Numbered from the stretch's first letter, positions 41,818-62,378 are shown. The stretch is DNA of 64,000 nt from the human T2T-CHM13v2.0 reference genome, Homo sapiens (GCF_009914755.1 NC_060927.1), one strand, 5' to 3'. The notes: a model not told the origin generated them from the sequence alone. Made by a program: numbers and translations.

Positions 41818-43211
41818 TGAAGACTATAAAGTGATACATGCATGTGAGTTATTCTTAGGCCTATTGCAGGAAAGACCAGGAGGTCCAGAAGGGCTGTTAA
41901 CCCAGACTTTGCATTCAAAAAGCGTTTTAAATTTAAACCTTCTCCAAATGAAGTCATTCATATAGTCCCAGCAACACAGTGATCAGACGGACAGAAATTT
42001 GAACCTGTGCCTCAGTGCGAGACCACACTCCCTACACTGTGCCATGAATGGATATTTTATTTTTATCTTATAATTATCCTATGAATAGCCACAACTTTGC
42101 ATTGTAATTTTTGTGTTAAAATGTTATTTTGTTACATGTCAACATGTAAAATATATCGCCATTTTTGAAACATTGTTTTGGCTTTCCTAAATTTAAAAAA
42201 AAAAACATTCCTCAATAAATGGAAGTGCTCTGAGTCTCTCTGGTCTTCTGAAAATCCATTTTGTAAAATAGAGCAGGGTTCAGTGATTCTGAAAACAAAT
42301 GTATGCCAGCTCAGCTTTCTAATACCTAAAAAGGGCCCAGGCATTTTCCTCATCATCAATCTCATCATTTTAAATTAAGCTCTATGACTCTGTTAATCCT
42401 ACAAATTTCTTGTTGTTCCCCGTGTCAATTAAGATGTTTTTGCCTGTAAGCCACAGAACATCCAACTAAAAATGAGGGAAATTTATTTCACATAACAAGG
42501 ACAGAAGGTAGGGTGTTTCCAGGACTGGTTAACTCAATAGCTCAATGTTATCACCAAGGATGTGGCCATGTGCTTTCTATCCTGCTCTACCATTTTCAGC
42601 AAGTGTCAAAAGAAGGCTGCAGTGGCTCCTGCCATCACAGCAGACACAACATCAAGCAAAGACAAGACATTTTCTCTCATGCATATGAGTTTTTCTCCCC
42701 TGGTTTAAAAAACCTTTTATTATGGAAAAGCTTTACCATTACAAGAGTGGGTAGAATTATATAATAAATCCCTGTACACATTATACAATTTTAATAATTA
42801 TCAACTCACGATTAACCTTTTTCATCTATATCCCACCTATCACCACTTCCTATCAGATTTTTCTGAGGCAAATTTCAACCATCATTTAATTTCATCCATA
42901 AATATTTCAGCATGTATACCAGCATGCAAACCGTTCCAGACTTTACCCTATGTATCTCTTCATCTGTCTATTTGTATACTTTAAAATATCCTTTGAAGGC
43001 TGGGCGCATTGGCTCACACCTGTAATCTCAGCCCTTTGGGAGCTTGGGCAGGAGGATTGCTTGAGACCAGAAGTTGGAGACCAGCCTGGCAATGTAGTGA
43101 GACCCCCATCTTAAAAAATAAAAAAAAATAAAAAATAAAAAAAAAATTGGCCGGGCACGGTGGCTCACGCCTGTAATCTCACCACTTTGGGAGGCCAAGG
43201 CCGGCGGATCA

Positions 43212-43445
<234 letters not shown>

Positions 43446-43500
43446 TTAACTGGGCTTAGTGGTGGGAGCCTGTGGTTCCAGCTACTTAGAAAGCTGAAGT

Positions 43501-43800
43501 AGAACAGCAAACTATCGCAAGGACAGAAAACCAAACACCGCTGTTCTCACTGATAGGTGGGAATTGAACAATGAGAACACTTGGACAGGAAGGGGAACAT
43601 CATACTCCGGGGACTGTTGTGGGGTGGGGGGAGGGGGGACGGATAGCATTAGGAGATATACCTAATGTAAATGACGAGTTAATGAGTGCAGCACACCAAC
43701 ATGGCACATGTATACATATGTAACAAACCTGCACATTGTGCACGTGTACCCTAGAACTTAAAGTATAATAATAAAAATAAATAAATAAAAAATAAAAAAA
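43501..43800 (+). mobile_element. 5'-truncated L1PA 3' end inserted into an AluJ-like element
   Basis: L1PA 3' UTR with G-rich tract and poly(A); diverged TSD agaaagctgaagt / aggaagctgaggt. Confidence 0.9.
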
Positions 43801-44147
43801 AGGAAGCTGAGGTGGGAGGTTCCCTTAAGTCCAGGAGGTCAAGGCTGCAATGAGCTGTGATCACACCGCTGTGGTCCAACCTGGGTGACAGAAGATGACT
43901 CTGTCTCAAAAAAAAATAAAAAAAAATTTAAAAAAAGGGTCCTTTATAATAAACTGGTAAAAGTGTTTCCCAGAGTTCTGGGAGCCACTCTAGCAAATTA
44001 ATAGAACCTGAGGAGGGAGTTGTGGAAACCCTGATTTTTAGCTGGTGGGTCAAAAATACAGGCAAAATAACCCAGGGCTTGCAACTGGCATCAGAAGTGC
44101 AGAGCGGGTGGGGAGCTGTCTTGGGGGGTGAGCCCTCAACCCGTGGG

Positions 44148-44655
44148 TGTAATGCCCAACCTTGTTTTTTCCTTATTCACCAGGCCTTGTTTCTCCCTTA
44201 GCTAAGAGAACAAGACAAACTCCATCTTGGCTCTTTCACTGGCAGCCTCTTCCTCAAGGACTTAACTTGTGCAAGCTGACTCCCAGCACATCCAAGAATG
44301 CAATTAACGGATAAGATACTGTGGCGAGCTATATCCGCAGTGCCCAAGAATTCGTCTGATTGATAACGCCCAAAGCCCTGTGTCTATCACCTTGTAATAG
44401 TCTTAAAGCCCCTGCACCTGGAACTGTTTACTTTCCTGTAACCATTTATCCTTTTACCTTTTTGACTACTTAACTTCTGTAAAATTGTTTTAACTAGACC
44501 CCCCGCCCCCCTTCCTAAACCAAGATGTAAAAGTTAATCAAGCCCCTTTCTTGGGGCCAAATTTTGAGCGTTAGCCGTCTCTCGGTCGCTGGCTAATAAA
44601 GGACTTTTAATTCATCTCAAAGTGTGGCGTTTTTCTAACTCGCTCGGGTACAACA
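44148..44655 (+). mobile_element. ERV1 solo LTR, LTR6-like (HERV-T/S71)
   Basis: tgtaatgcccaacc...gggtacaaca with TG/CA termini; 4-bp TSD TGGG; subfamily name from recall. Confidence 0.75.
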
Positions 44656-45747
44656 TGGGATCTGATGCTGTCTCCAGGCAGTGTCAGAATTGAATTGAAG
44701 GAAGCCATCTGGTGTCCACTGCAGAACTGATGGCTTGCTCGGTATTTGAGGGTGGGGAGAAACATACACATTTGATCACAGCAGTTTTCTGTGTTGATTG
44801 TTATGGTGTGAAAGAAGAAGTAAGACAGTATTTTCCTCTCAAGTCCCTTTGGGGGAAGAAGGGGAAGAATCTTCACAGGCTCTTCCTCCTAGAGAGCAAG
44901 CCACTTATTCAGACAGTGACTCCAGATCTAAAAATTGCCTCGGTTCTGGAAACCGAGCAAGGAATCGTGGTGTTTTATTGGAGTGACCACCCTTAGCCTC
45001 CTGCCTCTCCACTGTCTGTTGTTGTTGCTGTTGCTTTAGATGTTAAGCAGGACCCATGCTGGCTGCCCCTGTATTTTGCTCCTAGGGATTCCCTGCTCCA
45101 TTAACCACATCCACAGTCCTGCAAACCAAGCTCCTTTGGATGCCCCTCTACCTTGCCAGTTGTTATGGTAATGACAGTCTCCCGGCTCGTGGTGCTAAAT
45201 GCTGCCGCCTGGCTTTGTTTCAGGGGACCCATCATTCCCACACTCCCAGTTCTGGGACCTCTCTCCTACCAACTGTGTTACAAAAAAGAGCCACACCAAC
45301 GTGCCCAGGGATGCCGGCACCCCTCTGACGGCCTTGATAAAAGATGTATCCTAAGCCCTCTCATGGAAAACAATCCTCTAGCATGTCTTCTGACCTTACT
45401 AAAACACATCAATTCAACACTCTCCTCAACCTCCTTATTCCTTCCTCTGCCATCTGCCAGGGCCACCCAGGCATCTCCGCTTTGCTTAGAATTGGCTATC
45501 ATTTCTTCCAGGCTTCTAAGAGCCATCTCAGCAAGTGTCCATTCCCTGGAGTTCTTGCTGGGTGTTAAATACCATGTTCAAGAATCTACCCTGAGGTCAG
45601 TGAATTCTTGCTCACCCAGATTTACCTTTTGGCTCTATTGACCAAGCACCTTCAAAATCCAACCCCAGGAGTACTCACCTGGGTCCAGCCTGTCCGTGCC
45701 AGCGGATTCTTGCCATTTTGGGTGTGTGTTGTCTCTTCCCCTACTTA

Positions 45748-46760
<1,013 letters not shown>

Positions 46761-47101
46761 ATCAGGCCCAGCATGTGTTCAGCTGCATTTTCATACTAGT
46801 TCTCAGCCTGGCAAGGAGGAGAAGAGGTGAGGCAACTCCTGAGGGGTCACCTCTTGCCTTGTGAGAGAGGCTTCAGTAGCATCTTCCAGAAAACTGATGT
46901 GCTAGCACGAAGTAGGGAAGGCTGGGCTACATCTGAAATCCCAGAGGCTCTGGGCTTTTGCAGAGTCAAATATCACTGGCGGAATCCATCTCAGTGCCCC
47001 TGAGCTATGGTTCAGGATCCCGGATTTCCCCACCAGGGCCCTGCACTTTGTATACCAGACCTGCCTGCACCAGACACTCAAATCTCTTTGAGGCTCTGTA
47101 G

Positions 47102-47287
<186 letters not shown>

Positions 47288-48227
47288 TAACTTTTTGTAG
47301 AGACAGGAGTCTCTCTATGTTGCTCACGCTGGTCTCAATCTCCTGGGCTCAAGCAATCCTCCCACCTGAGCCACTCAAGGTGCTGGTATTACAGGCATGC
47401 GCCATCAAGCCCAGCTTGCAATTAGATTTTTGACCAGCTGTTCAAAACCGAGTCTGTCTTGCCACTGCGGAAGATAATGCCTGTTTTGTAAGCTGCTCCC
47501 AAGGCTCTCCTACTCTCATATTTGGTGATTCACTGCTTGTTAACAGCCCTCAGTCTGTTATTCCCCTGCAGGGCCATCAACACAATTTAGTAGGACAGCC
47601 CATTCTGCTGTCTCCGTAGGCATTGTTCTCCCATATTGTTAAATGCTTGTGAAATCACACCTGCTACAGCATTCCCCTCCAAAAGCATCTTTTCTCAGGT
47701 CACCACCAATGAAATCGTTAGCAACTGAGCTGCCACCCAGGTCCAGGAACTATCTGCGTCCACCTATCAACCAGGACAGTATCCCCTCATCTGCTGGGTG
47801 ATGGGTGAGCCAGTTCCAAATCCCCTTCCTACTGCCTCTTTTCTTGGGGCACTTTCAGCACCACTTACGTTAGTCTGGGACTTTAAAGAAAAAGATGCCA
47901 AGATGGGATTAACCATGCCAGACTTTATCAGGTGAAAAGTCTGTGGGAGAAAATGGTGAGGGAGCCAAGGTGCTGGAGAGTTTTCAGACCATGATGCCAG
48001 CTTGAACTTGCATGAAGGAGAAAGGGAAAGAGCACTGGGCAGAAGCATTTCTGCCGTGCAGTCTGGGGAAGTTCTGGCAGTTGAGAAGTCCTCAAGCCAA
48101 AGTCAGCTGTCAGATGAGGACAATGTGTCCCGGGAATGGTTTCACCTTAGTATCCCTGCATGCTCAGTCATTGTCTGGGAGCTGCCTGTGGAAGATGCTT
48201 GTGGCTTTGGGGCAAACGTGGCAATAG

Positions 48228-48695
<468 letters not shown>

Positions 48696-49313
48696 TAAAA
48701 CTGTCCAATTAAAAGTGTCCATCCAATAGCTAGTGAAGCTACAGAGGCAGGTGAGTATAGAACAAGCTTATAATCAGAGCTATCTTAACAGGAAGTGTGG
48801 GTAGGGACTCCTGGCAGGTGGTGAGAATAGATGGAGGCCAGGAGATCCTGCTGCCTTGAAAGATTCCTCTTGCTAATCTTGTGCTCAGGCCTAAAACCTC
48901 ACACATAAAACTTTATGCCTTTGTTTTGTTGTCGATGTTGAGACAGAGTCTCACTCTGTCACCCAGGCTGGAGTGCAGTGGCGCCATCTCAACTCACTGT
49001 AACCTCCGCTCCCTGGGTTCAAGCAATTCTCATGCCCCAGACTCCCGAATAGATGGGACTACAGGTGCGTGTCACCATGCCCAGCCAATTTTTGTATTTT
49101 TAGTGGAGATGGGGTTTTGCCATATTGGCCAGGCTGATCTCGAACTCCTGGCCTCAAATGATCTGCTTGCCTTGGCCTCCCAAAGTGCTGGGATTACAGG
49201 TGTGAGCCATTGCACTTAGTCGAAGCTTTATGCCTTTGGATTAAGGTAATGTCTTTTGACAAAATGCATGTGGCCTTGGGAGGGATAAAAGACGACTCCA
49301 CAATGGGTTACTA

Positions 49314-50044
<731 letters not shown>

Positions 50045-51247
50045 TTAAGAAGAAAGTTTGCCAGGACAGCATGAGGGAATATCTGGAAAGCAAAAGAGAT
50101 TTTATAATTTTGATAACAGAATTTATTTCACAATTTTATCTTTAGTCAATCTTGGTCTTAATATAAAACTAGTTAAGTTAAAAACAAAATAAAACATCTC
50201 TTTTTTTTTTTTTTTTTTTTTTTTGAGACAGAGTCTCACTCTGTTGCCCAGGCTGGAGGGCAGTCCTACGATCTTGGCTCACTGCAACCTCACCTCCCAG
50301 GTTCAAATGATTCTCCTGCCTCAGCCTCCCAGACAGCTGGGATTACAGGTGCCCACCACCATGCCTGGCTAATTTTTATATTTTTAGCAGAGATGGGGTT
50401 TCACAACATTGGCCAGGCTGGTCTCAAACTCCTGACCTCAGGTGATCCAACTGCCTCAGCCTCCCAAAGTGCTAGGGTTACAGGTGTGAGCCATGGCACC
50501 TGGCCTAAACATCTCTTATTTATGCCTGCCAACACTTGACCAAAATTGGCATCTCTTGGAGGCACTAAGGTGGGGTGAAGGGACTTGTTGATGAGCGAGG
50601 GGCTGGAGTATTATAAAATGAAACTCTTTTTTCATTGGCAGAGATTCTTCTTCCATTCTTTTTATAGTTTATATTCCTTTTACTTAGTGGGCAGAGGGAA
50701 ACCTCACAGCAAATCATCCTAGAGAACCAAGTCCCGGATCAGGAAGGAGTGGCTCATGTATTTGTGTCCTCAGACCTTCTTGGCCTTCAAGCTTAGAGCC
50801 CCAAACAGGAGTCCAGAGGGGGGATCTAGGACCTTACAAAGCAAGAAAAGTGTGAGAAGAACAAAGGTGGGGCAGATTGGGTAGGGGCTGGAGCCATCCT
50901 GGCTACTTTCTTTTAGGAAGGTGAAGCCATGACGTCAGTGCTGTAGACCAATGGGTCAACAGCAGACCCTGTGGTCAATGGACCTTCATCACCAGGGATT
51001 GGGAGGCTGTGCTCCTGAGGAGGTGCTACACCTGGGGCAGGGTTGGAAGCAGGCTGGAAAGGGCCTTGCTCTCATCATCCCTTGTATATGTTCCTATTAA
51101 TCCACTTATCTTAGTATATATACTGGAATTTATTTACTGAAGTTCCCTCCAAAAAGTAAACCACGAATTCCACAATGTTCACCTTGACAGTAGGCACCTG
51201 AGGTAGGCAGCATCCACGCTGCCTCCAGGGGTTCCTCCCTCTCCCGG

Positions 51248-51600
51248 CGCTGTGGTTGGAAGGTGTCCCCCAAACCATATGTTGGAAACTTAATCTACAA
51301 TGCAACAGTGTTGAGAAGCGGGACCTTTAAGAGGCAGTGGGGTCATGATGGCTCTGCCCTCGTGGATGGATTAATGCTATTATTACAAGTGTGGGGCCCC
51401 CTCTTGCTCTCTCTTCTGTGTCCTCGCACCATGTGATGCCTTTTACCATGTTACAAGGCAGCAAGAAGATGCACATCAGATTTGGCCCTTCCATCTTGGA
51501 CTTCCCAGGCTCCAGAACCATGACCAAATCAACTTCTATTGCTTGTAAGTTATCAAAAAATCTGTGGTATTCTGTGATAATGGCACAGAATGGACTAAAA
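51248..51600 (+). mobile_element. MaLR LTR (MST/MLT1A-like)
   Basis: tgtggttggaaggtgtcccccaaa...gaatggactaa. Confidence 0.7.
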
Positions 51601-51709
51601 TCTGATATTCGAGCCCTTGTGTAGTCCCCTTCCACAGTGTACCAGAGATGGTTTGTGTGAACCATAAACAGACATGCGATAGTATGTTTCTTCTGTGATT
51701 AGGTTATAA

Positions 51710-51978
<269 letters not shown>

Positions 51979-52419
51979 TGACCTGACTGCCTCGGCCTCC
52001 CAAAGTGCTGGGATTACAGGTGTCAGCCACCGCTCCCAGCCCTCTCTCTCTTTCTCTCAGATCACTATGGGTAACTAATATAGGACCTCTTATTTATCTC
52101 AGCTCCTACAAGAGTATCTGGCATTTAGCAAATCCTTATCAATGCTGATCAAATGAATGAATGAACAAACGTGGCGACATTTAAGCAAACTAGTAATGCA
52201 GTCAGTCTAAGCTAAGAGTTGAGACATTTCATATGTAACTTTAATGTGGTTTATCTTCTCAGGAATTCCTACCAAGTGATAATGTGGCAATGGAGAATAG
52301 AATGAAACAAATTATAGAAAGATGATTTAACTTATTGATCGGAGCAAAAACCTAAGATGATTGTAAACAAAATTTATACAGCACAAAAATGAATCATAAA
52401 AAATAAATGACATGCACAA

Positions 52420-54288
<1,869 letters not shown>

Positions 54289-54422
54289 TTAGATTCTCTG
54301 GTATCCAGATGATTGACACCTTAGGCGGATTTTATAGACACCCATACCCATAAGGCAGAGACCAACCACGATGGCCCCAATCACAGGAAGCACAATTGTG
54401 TAGTCAGACGAGCACTCATCCA
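54289..54422 (-). CDS. LAMP3: LAMP3 (DC-LAMP/CD208) canonical terminal coding exon: (V)DECSSDYTIVLPVIGAIVVGLCLMGMGVYKIRLRCQSSGYQRI*
   Basis: AG acceptor at 54424-54423 after a pyrimidine tract; TM segment and GYQRI lysosomal sorting motif; TAA at 54291-54289; matches the known LAMP3 C-terminus. Confidence 0.96.
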
Positions 54423-54879
54423 CTAAGAGAGAAAACAAATACAATACAGTGGGTAAGGTTTGGTGATGCAGTCCAGAAAGCAGGCTAGAGGGGAAAGAAG
54501 ATGAGCTTTGGCATCAAACAAAGCTTGACTTTTAACTCCACCATTAACTAGCTTTGTGACCTTGGGCAGGTAATTTACCCTTGCAATTTCCTAATTTATA
54601 AAGTAAGCAAATAATATGTAAGACTGTCAGAAGATTAAATAACCATATTTTCTTAGTAATTAACATTCAATAATCATAATCCTTATTTCCTGAACTGAGT
54701 AAGAAGTCACTCCAGGCATACTCCCTGCTAAGTGGGATATGCTTACATAAAAGAGACCAGCCGGGCACAGTGGCTCACGCCTGTAATCCCAGCACTTTGG
54801 GAGGCCGAGGCGGGCGGATCATCTGATGTCGTGAGTTTGAGACCAGCCTGACCAACATGGAGAAACCCCATCTCTACTA

Positions 54880-55038
<159 letters not shown>

Positions 55039-56742
55039 TCAAAAACAAACAAACAAACAAACAAAAAACATTTGTGTGACCAGTGACCAGATTACAGATG
55101 ATCTCTTGAGAAACATGATTTTTATCCACTTTATAAAACATTTTTGTCACTCCTAAGGTTCTATTGTATTACTTTTAGCTAATATTAGAAAACAGACCAA
55201 ATTATTTATGAGAGCTTAAAAGTGAGAGTTTACAAACTTATCAAGACTGTTTTTTCTTTATACCATTAGAAAACGCTTACTCAATTCATTTAATGTAATT
55301 GATTGGGTCAGAGACTAATAAATCTCAACCGAGGAAAGACGGAGGGGTCTGGGGTAAAAGGGGAAGTTGATAGAATACTCTAATGAAGAGACTGGGAGAA
55401 AAGAGCAAATAAATGAAGAACCATGTCTTAGTCATTATAGCTAAAAAGATACATGTGTGAGGTCATTGTACGAACTAACACTGAAATTATGTCCTGAACC
55501 AAGGATCACCATCAACCCAATTCAGTGTACCTGAGATCTGAGAAAAAAAGTATCAGAAGAGGTCAGAGAAGACAGAGTGGCAATTAATTAAAGATTCCAG
55601 GAAAAAGAAAATTTGGACAAGAAAGAAACTGTGATTGTAGTACACGATTTGGCTTGACAGCAGACAATATTTATAAAACTATAATAATGTGTGCCTTAAT
55701 ACCTTACTGATTTACCCAAAAATAGTTGTGTAACCACAAATCTTTATGTGCTATAGCAGGAAGTCTAAAATGGATCAATTAGGAACTATCATGATAAGCT
55801 TTTATTTTTTAGAGTTATGGAGATAGCAATCAGAAGAAATTGTTAAAATTAGTTAAAAGTATCTTGTATCTTGGGGCAGGGAGGCAGAGGGACAGAGAAA
55901 TGTTGCTTTCCATGATAAGACCTTTTGGAGTACATGAAACTTTGTTACTTATATATGTTTCTCTTTTTTTGCAGCCTGGAACTCCTGACTTCAAGCCATC
56001 CTCCCACCTCATCCTCTTGGGACTAGGGGTGTGTGCTACCATGCTGGGCCAATTTTTTATTTTTTACAGATGGGGTCTTGCTATGTGGCCCAGGCTGGTT
56101 TCAAACTCCTGGGCTGAAGCAATCCTTGACTTCCCAAAGTGCTGGGATTACAGGCGTGAGCCACCACACTTGGCCTATATTTCTTAAACGAAAAAAGAAC
56201 TTTGACAAGTTAAGGAATTAAAATGAGTGGGAAAAAATACAAAAAGTTAAAACAAAATGTAATGCACACACCTGTTGACCCAATAATTCTATCTCTAGGA
56301 AATTATCCCAAAGATATATTCATACACTATGCAAAGGTATATTACAGCACTGTCCATTTTATGAGACAATTTAAATATACGTAAAAACTAAAATAGTATT
56401 CAGACAATAGAAAATAATATAGCCATTAAAAAGAACGTGGTAGGTCTCGGTGTTCTGTAACAGAAGTTCCTTAAGCTCCGTGAAGTATCATGTGAACCCA
56501 AACCCATGTGCTTGTGGGTCCAGTGTGAAAAGATACACCAAAAACTGGCAGGAGGACTGGGAAGGAAGTGGAGGGCAACTTTTACTCTCTCTTGTTAAGC
56601 TATTAAATTATTTAACATTGTTTAAACATTTCTAAAATGCAAAAGAGTACACAAAGAAAAGAAGTGACTGATCCAATCACCCCATTTCTTCTATTTGAAT
56701 CAATCACTATAAACCTTTTTGGGCATGTAGTTCCTCTGTGAA

Positions 56743-56768
<26 letters not shown>
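56743..56768. repeat. (TG)n microsatellite
   Basis: About 13 TG units. Confidence 0.9.
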
Positions 56769-56774
<6 letters not shown>

Positions 56775-58042
56775 CACGTGTGCATGTGTGCAAACTCACG
56801 TGCATGCTTAAAGCAAAATCACTCTATTTTAAATAGTCTATTCTCATTATAAATAACTAAAATAATAGAGAAAAAGCACAAACAAAAAAGTAAAACCAAT
56901 TACCCCAAGACCATCCACCAAGAAATGTCATTGCTAATATGGAGAAACATTATTTCAGGCCTCTTTCTTTAGAACTACAAGGATAGATAGGTTAGAAAAA
57001 TAAATAGAAATACTTTTATTAAGATAGGATCATACAAGTACTATTTTATTACATTTGTTAATTTCAATTTTACTTGTGTTTAATAGGATAAAAGAACTTG
57101 AAGGAATTATCACAAACCAATGTTTCTTTGTCATGGGAAATATTGGTTCATAAAGGGTCCCTTTAGAGTTCTAAAAAGAGATTATGAAGTATGCATTAAA
57201 CAATTATGAAATACATTAAGAGGTTATGAAATAAATTGGACTTGTGTTTACTAAACTTCGTTTCCAGTTTAAACATTATCTATTGATACTGTTTTGAAAG
57301 AGTAGCACTAACAGAGTCCCTTCCATCTCCCCTCTCTTCAACTCCCCCAATTTTTTTTTTGAGACAGGGTCTTGCTCTGTTGCCCAGGCTGGGGGGCAGT
57401 GGTGCGATCATAGCTCACTGAAGCCTCCAGCTCCTGAGGTCAGCCATCCTCCCACCTCAGCTTCTCAAGTAGCTAGTAGTACAGGCAAATGCCACCCCAC
57501 TCAGCTACTTTTTAAATTTTTTGAAGAGATGGGGTCCTTACTATGTTGCTCAGGCTGGTCTTGAACTCCTGGCCTCAAGTGATCCTCCAACCTCGGCCTC
57601 CCAAAGTTTCAGGTGTGAGACACTGTGCCCAGACAACTCCAAATTTTGAATAGTTATGTCACTGTTTTTAACATTGTCTATGTTTTTTTTTTCTTTTTTA
57701 AAAAGTAAACTGATTTTATTGTGAAATTCTCATAGATGGAAAATTAAATCAAACATTTATTCTGTCCATTTCATTTTATAATAACCTTATCACTGATTTT
57801 TGTACCATGCATTTCAATGGCCTGTTAAATGAAAAATGTTTTAAAAACTTTTAATTTTTGATGTTTTTAGCTTAAATTTTTTCATTAAGAAGCCCACAGT
57901 GCCAGCAGCCGCCCCCCAAGCCCTGTGTGAACAACGTTTTGGTTGCTATTTCAACTTAAGGAAACAATCTTTGACCTTGATCCATTGTCCAGGTTTATGA
58001 CACTTCAATTCTATTTGATAACTATCATTCCTGTAGTCTTTA

Positions 58043-58411
<369 letters not shown>

Positions 58412-59971
58412 TCAAAATAATACAAGATGCTGTGCATTGAGAAGTTTCACTTCCACCCTTGCCCCTTCCTCTTAGTTCTCCCTGTCCCCATTAGATGATT
58501 CCTTTCCTTAGTTCTTGTTTATATTTCTGATGTTTCTTTGTGCAGCTAGAACAATAATGAATATACTATTATGCACTATGATTTTTTGATATAACATATT
58601 TTGGAACTCTTTCCTTAAACATACATAGCATCCTCATTCTTCTTGTAGCTGTATAGGATTCCATTGTGGGATGAATCACAGTTTTAAAATCTGGCCCCTA
58701 TTGATGGACCCTTGGCTTGTTTTCATTTTTTTGCTATTATAAATAATGTTGTAATGAATAACCACGTACAAATATCATTTCATATATGTGAAGGTGTGTT
58801 TGTGTTCTCAGGCCCATAATTGTTTAGTATGTTTTATATATAAATGGATCAACATCCTCCCATCTCAGCCTTCCAAGTAGTTTGGGACTACAGTCATGTG
58901 CCACCACACCCAGCTAATTTTTGTATTTTTTGTAGAGATGGGGTTTCGCCATGTTGCCCAGGCTGGTCTTAAACTCCTGGGCTCAAGCAATCCTCCTGCC
59001 TCAGCCTCCCAAAGAGTTGGGATGATAGGTGTGAGCCACTAGGCCAGGCCTACTGTGACTTTTCTATTCCTGAAGGCTGTTTATTTCCTTGTTTATATTG
59101 CGACTCATTTCCTCTCTTGGTGAATTTCATTGTCAACAAATATTTTTTTATAAGGGCTTATTTGTGTTGCATCCTTTGAATTATTTCATGTTTAAGAATA
59201 TCTGCCTGGCGACAGAGCAAGACTCTGTCTCAAAACAAACAAACAAACAAAAGAATATCTGCCTATTGTCTTTATACTTCATATTTTTGGGTCACACTGG
59301 GTCACACTTTCTTTTTCTTAGATCATTGTAGAAATTATTTGCTGGCTTTAAATGTTGTCAAGAAATTGGAGGTCAACTTTAACTTTCCCTTTTTATAGCT
59401 GATTTTATTTTATTTTCCATAAAGGCCTAAAGACTTCTTCATGTTTGAAGTTTTATAGCTTGTTTCCAATATGTCCCAGTGTAAAACTTTTGGTATCAAT
59501 TCTTTTTTGGGACATGCTCTTTTAATCCCAACTTCAATTATTTATCTCAAGGAAATTTCCTTAAATCTTCAAATATATCTTCATTCTATTTTTGAGGTCT
59601 ATACGTCAGAGGCACCAATTATACTTATGTTGGATGGGCTGAATAGCTTCTATATCTAGTAGCTTCCCTGTAATGCTTTAATCATAAGGTTTATCTGTAT
59701 TACCTGTAATGATCTCAGTCATTCTCTCTATGAAAATAATATAATTTCCTCCCTATTTATTCTGCCTCTGACTGTTTCTATACATTATGCAGTGTATTGC
59801 TTTGACACTCCTCTTGTTTTCTTACTCTTTCATTTTAACATCTTATCTTTAAACTCTGATTACCTGGAATTCACATTAAGTGATTCTCAGCATCAAGCAA
59901 TTGTCAGGAATTTCTTTCTGTTCCTTGAATTATGTTTTCTTTGTATTTTACTATTTTCATTTCTAACTTTC

Positions 59972-60665
<694 letters not shown>

Positions 60666-62372
60666 TCACTCCTTTTCTTAATTTAATTTCAAACTATTCT
60701 TATTTTGCTGCAGTATTTTGGCACAGTGGCCATGCAGTTTGTTTTCATCTTGCTCATGCTTGAGCGTGGCAGTCGAGATACTCCATTTCCTATGATGCCG
60801 TTTGGGTGAATTATGGTCTTTCTTTCCATTGCATCTGAGATCAGTTAATGTTTCCCTTTGGGTTAGATATTTGGATTCTATTCTCTTTTTTGTAGCATGG
60901 AAACTAGCTGCAGCCTGGAGCGATCGTCTGCTTTGGGGTTTCTTCCCCAGTTCACCTCCGTCTGTCCCTACCTTTACTCTTCCCAGTCTTCCTGGGAGCC
61001 ATTTTCACTACCCTAGGTTGGAAAAGGAAGAAAATAAAGCAACCCACTCTTTTTTTTTTCCTCCAGGTTTAGTAATGGAGGAGTTCACAGAATTTTTTTC
61101 CCTCTCATCACAGGCTTCTTAGGGTGAATGTGTGTGTGGTTAGGAGGGGAGGCAGGTGAGGAGCCCAGCTCCACTGCCCCCTCTGCTCTCCACCTGGAAA
61201 GTGGGCAGGACTGTGAGTAAATTACACATCCAAGCGTTTATTTACTGGCCATTCCAATGAAACCTTTGCTTTTTGTGGTTACCAGAATGCTAATTCAAAT
61301 TAATTCTAAAAATAATCAGTACTGGGGTCGGGGGAATAGATAGCAGGAGTCCAAGCAGTGGCCATCATCCAAAAGAACTCACTGAAGAAGGTAGGGAGGA
61401 AAATTAAATTTAAGTGGTCATATCCCTCTATACTTGATTTTAAATTCTGCTTCTTGTTTCATCTGCTAGGGGAGAAATTTCCACATGCTAGAAGGTAAAT
61501 CTTACATTAATCATTCTGCAGAAGAGTGAGTGGCCGGTGAATAAACACCTTGTCCTCTGCCCTACAGAACTTTCGAGTGCCCTTAACACTGGACACAGGG
61601 GAGCCTGGAGCAGGTGCCAGTTTGAAGGAGGAGGTGGAAGGAGATCACAGCTCTCCAAAGCCAAGCTCTTGCTGTTAAGCCCGAGTCTCTTTGGGGAACT
61701 CCCGGGTCCTCATATCAGATTGTCATCAACATCTGTTTTAAGAGGGAAACAGACATTTTCTGACACTCTGGATGTCTTCAGGGGCTCTTAGTGCTCTTTT
61801 GAAGCTGCGGTGTGCCCTCCCCACAGCCCCAATTCTAAGAAAACAAGGAGAGCAAAAATGCCTCCTGGGAGAGTCAGTACATTTCCTAAGTAGGCAGTAG
61901 TTTTAGAGTTGTTGCCAAATTTCATAAATGTCATGTTAAAAATAATGAATGGCACCTCTGGAAAATTTGGAAAAACAAGAAAATTTCCAGTCAGTAGAAT
62001 CAATTAAGAACATACCTCTCCTTTTTCTCTGAATGAAAAACCCCCATCAATGTAATAGGAAACCATGAATAACATCCTAAGCCATATTTTAATAGAATTT
62101 TTCCCTCAGATATCAACCGTCCCCCATCAGGAATGTACTGCTTTTGGTGAATGTTTGCGTAAAAGGGAAGTGAGTGATCCTCCAGGCAGGTCTACCTCTT
62201 CCTGCTTGCCATTCCATATTGTCTCCCTGCTCTGTCTCCCTCCTGTCCTGCAATGGTCCAAATGGACACATTTACAAGAATAAAATAACATCAAAGAAAA
62301 GCCAACAAACCCGGAAAAAAGTAGCTAAGAAGGCAGACAACACATGAAATTGAAGCAACTGAAGGGCTAACA

Positions 62373-62378
62373 TTTATT
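62373..62378 (-). terminator. Candidate poly(A) signal for the alternative LAMP3 terminal exon
   Basis: AATAAA ~650 nt after the TAA, followed by GU-rich TTTCATGTGTTGTCT. Confidence 0.5.

Noticed and set aside
45000-45700. ORFs of 62-162 aa next to the LTR
   Set aside because: No recognisable domain; most likely decayed ERV internal sequence, not assigned with confidence
61788-62003. Hydrophobic 71-aa ORF considered as a third LAMP3 terminal exon
   Set aside because: No DEC motif, no basic tail, no GYxxPhi signal and no matching-phase acceptor
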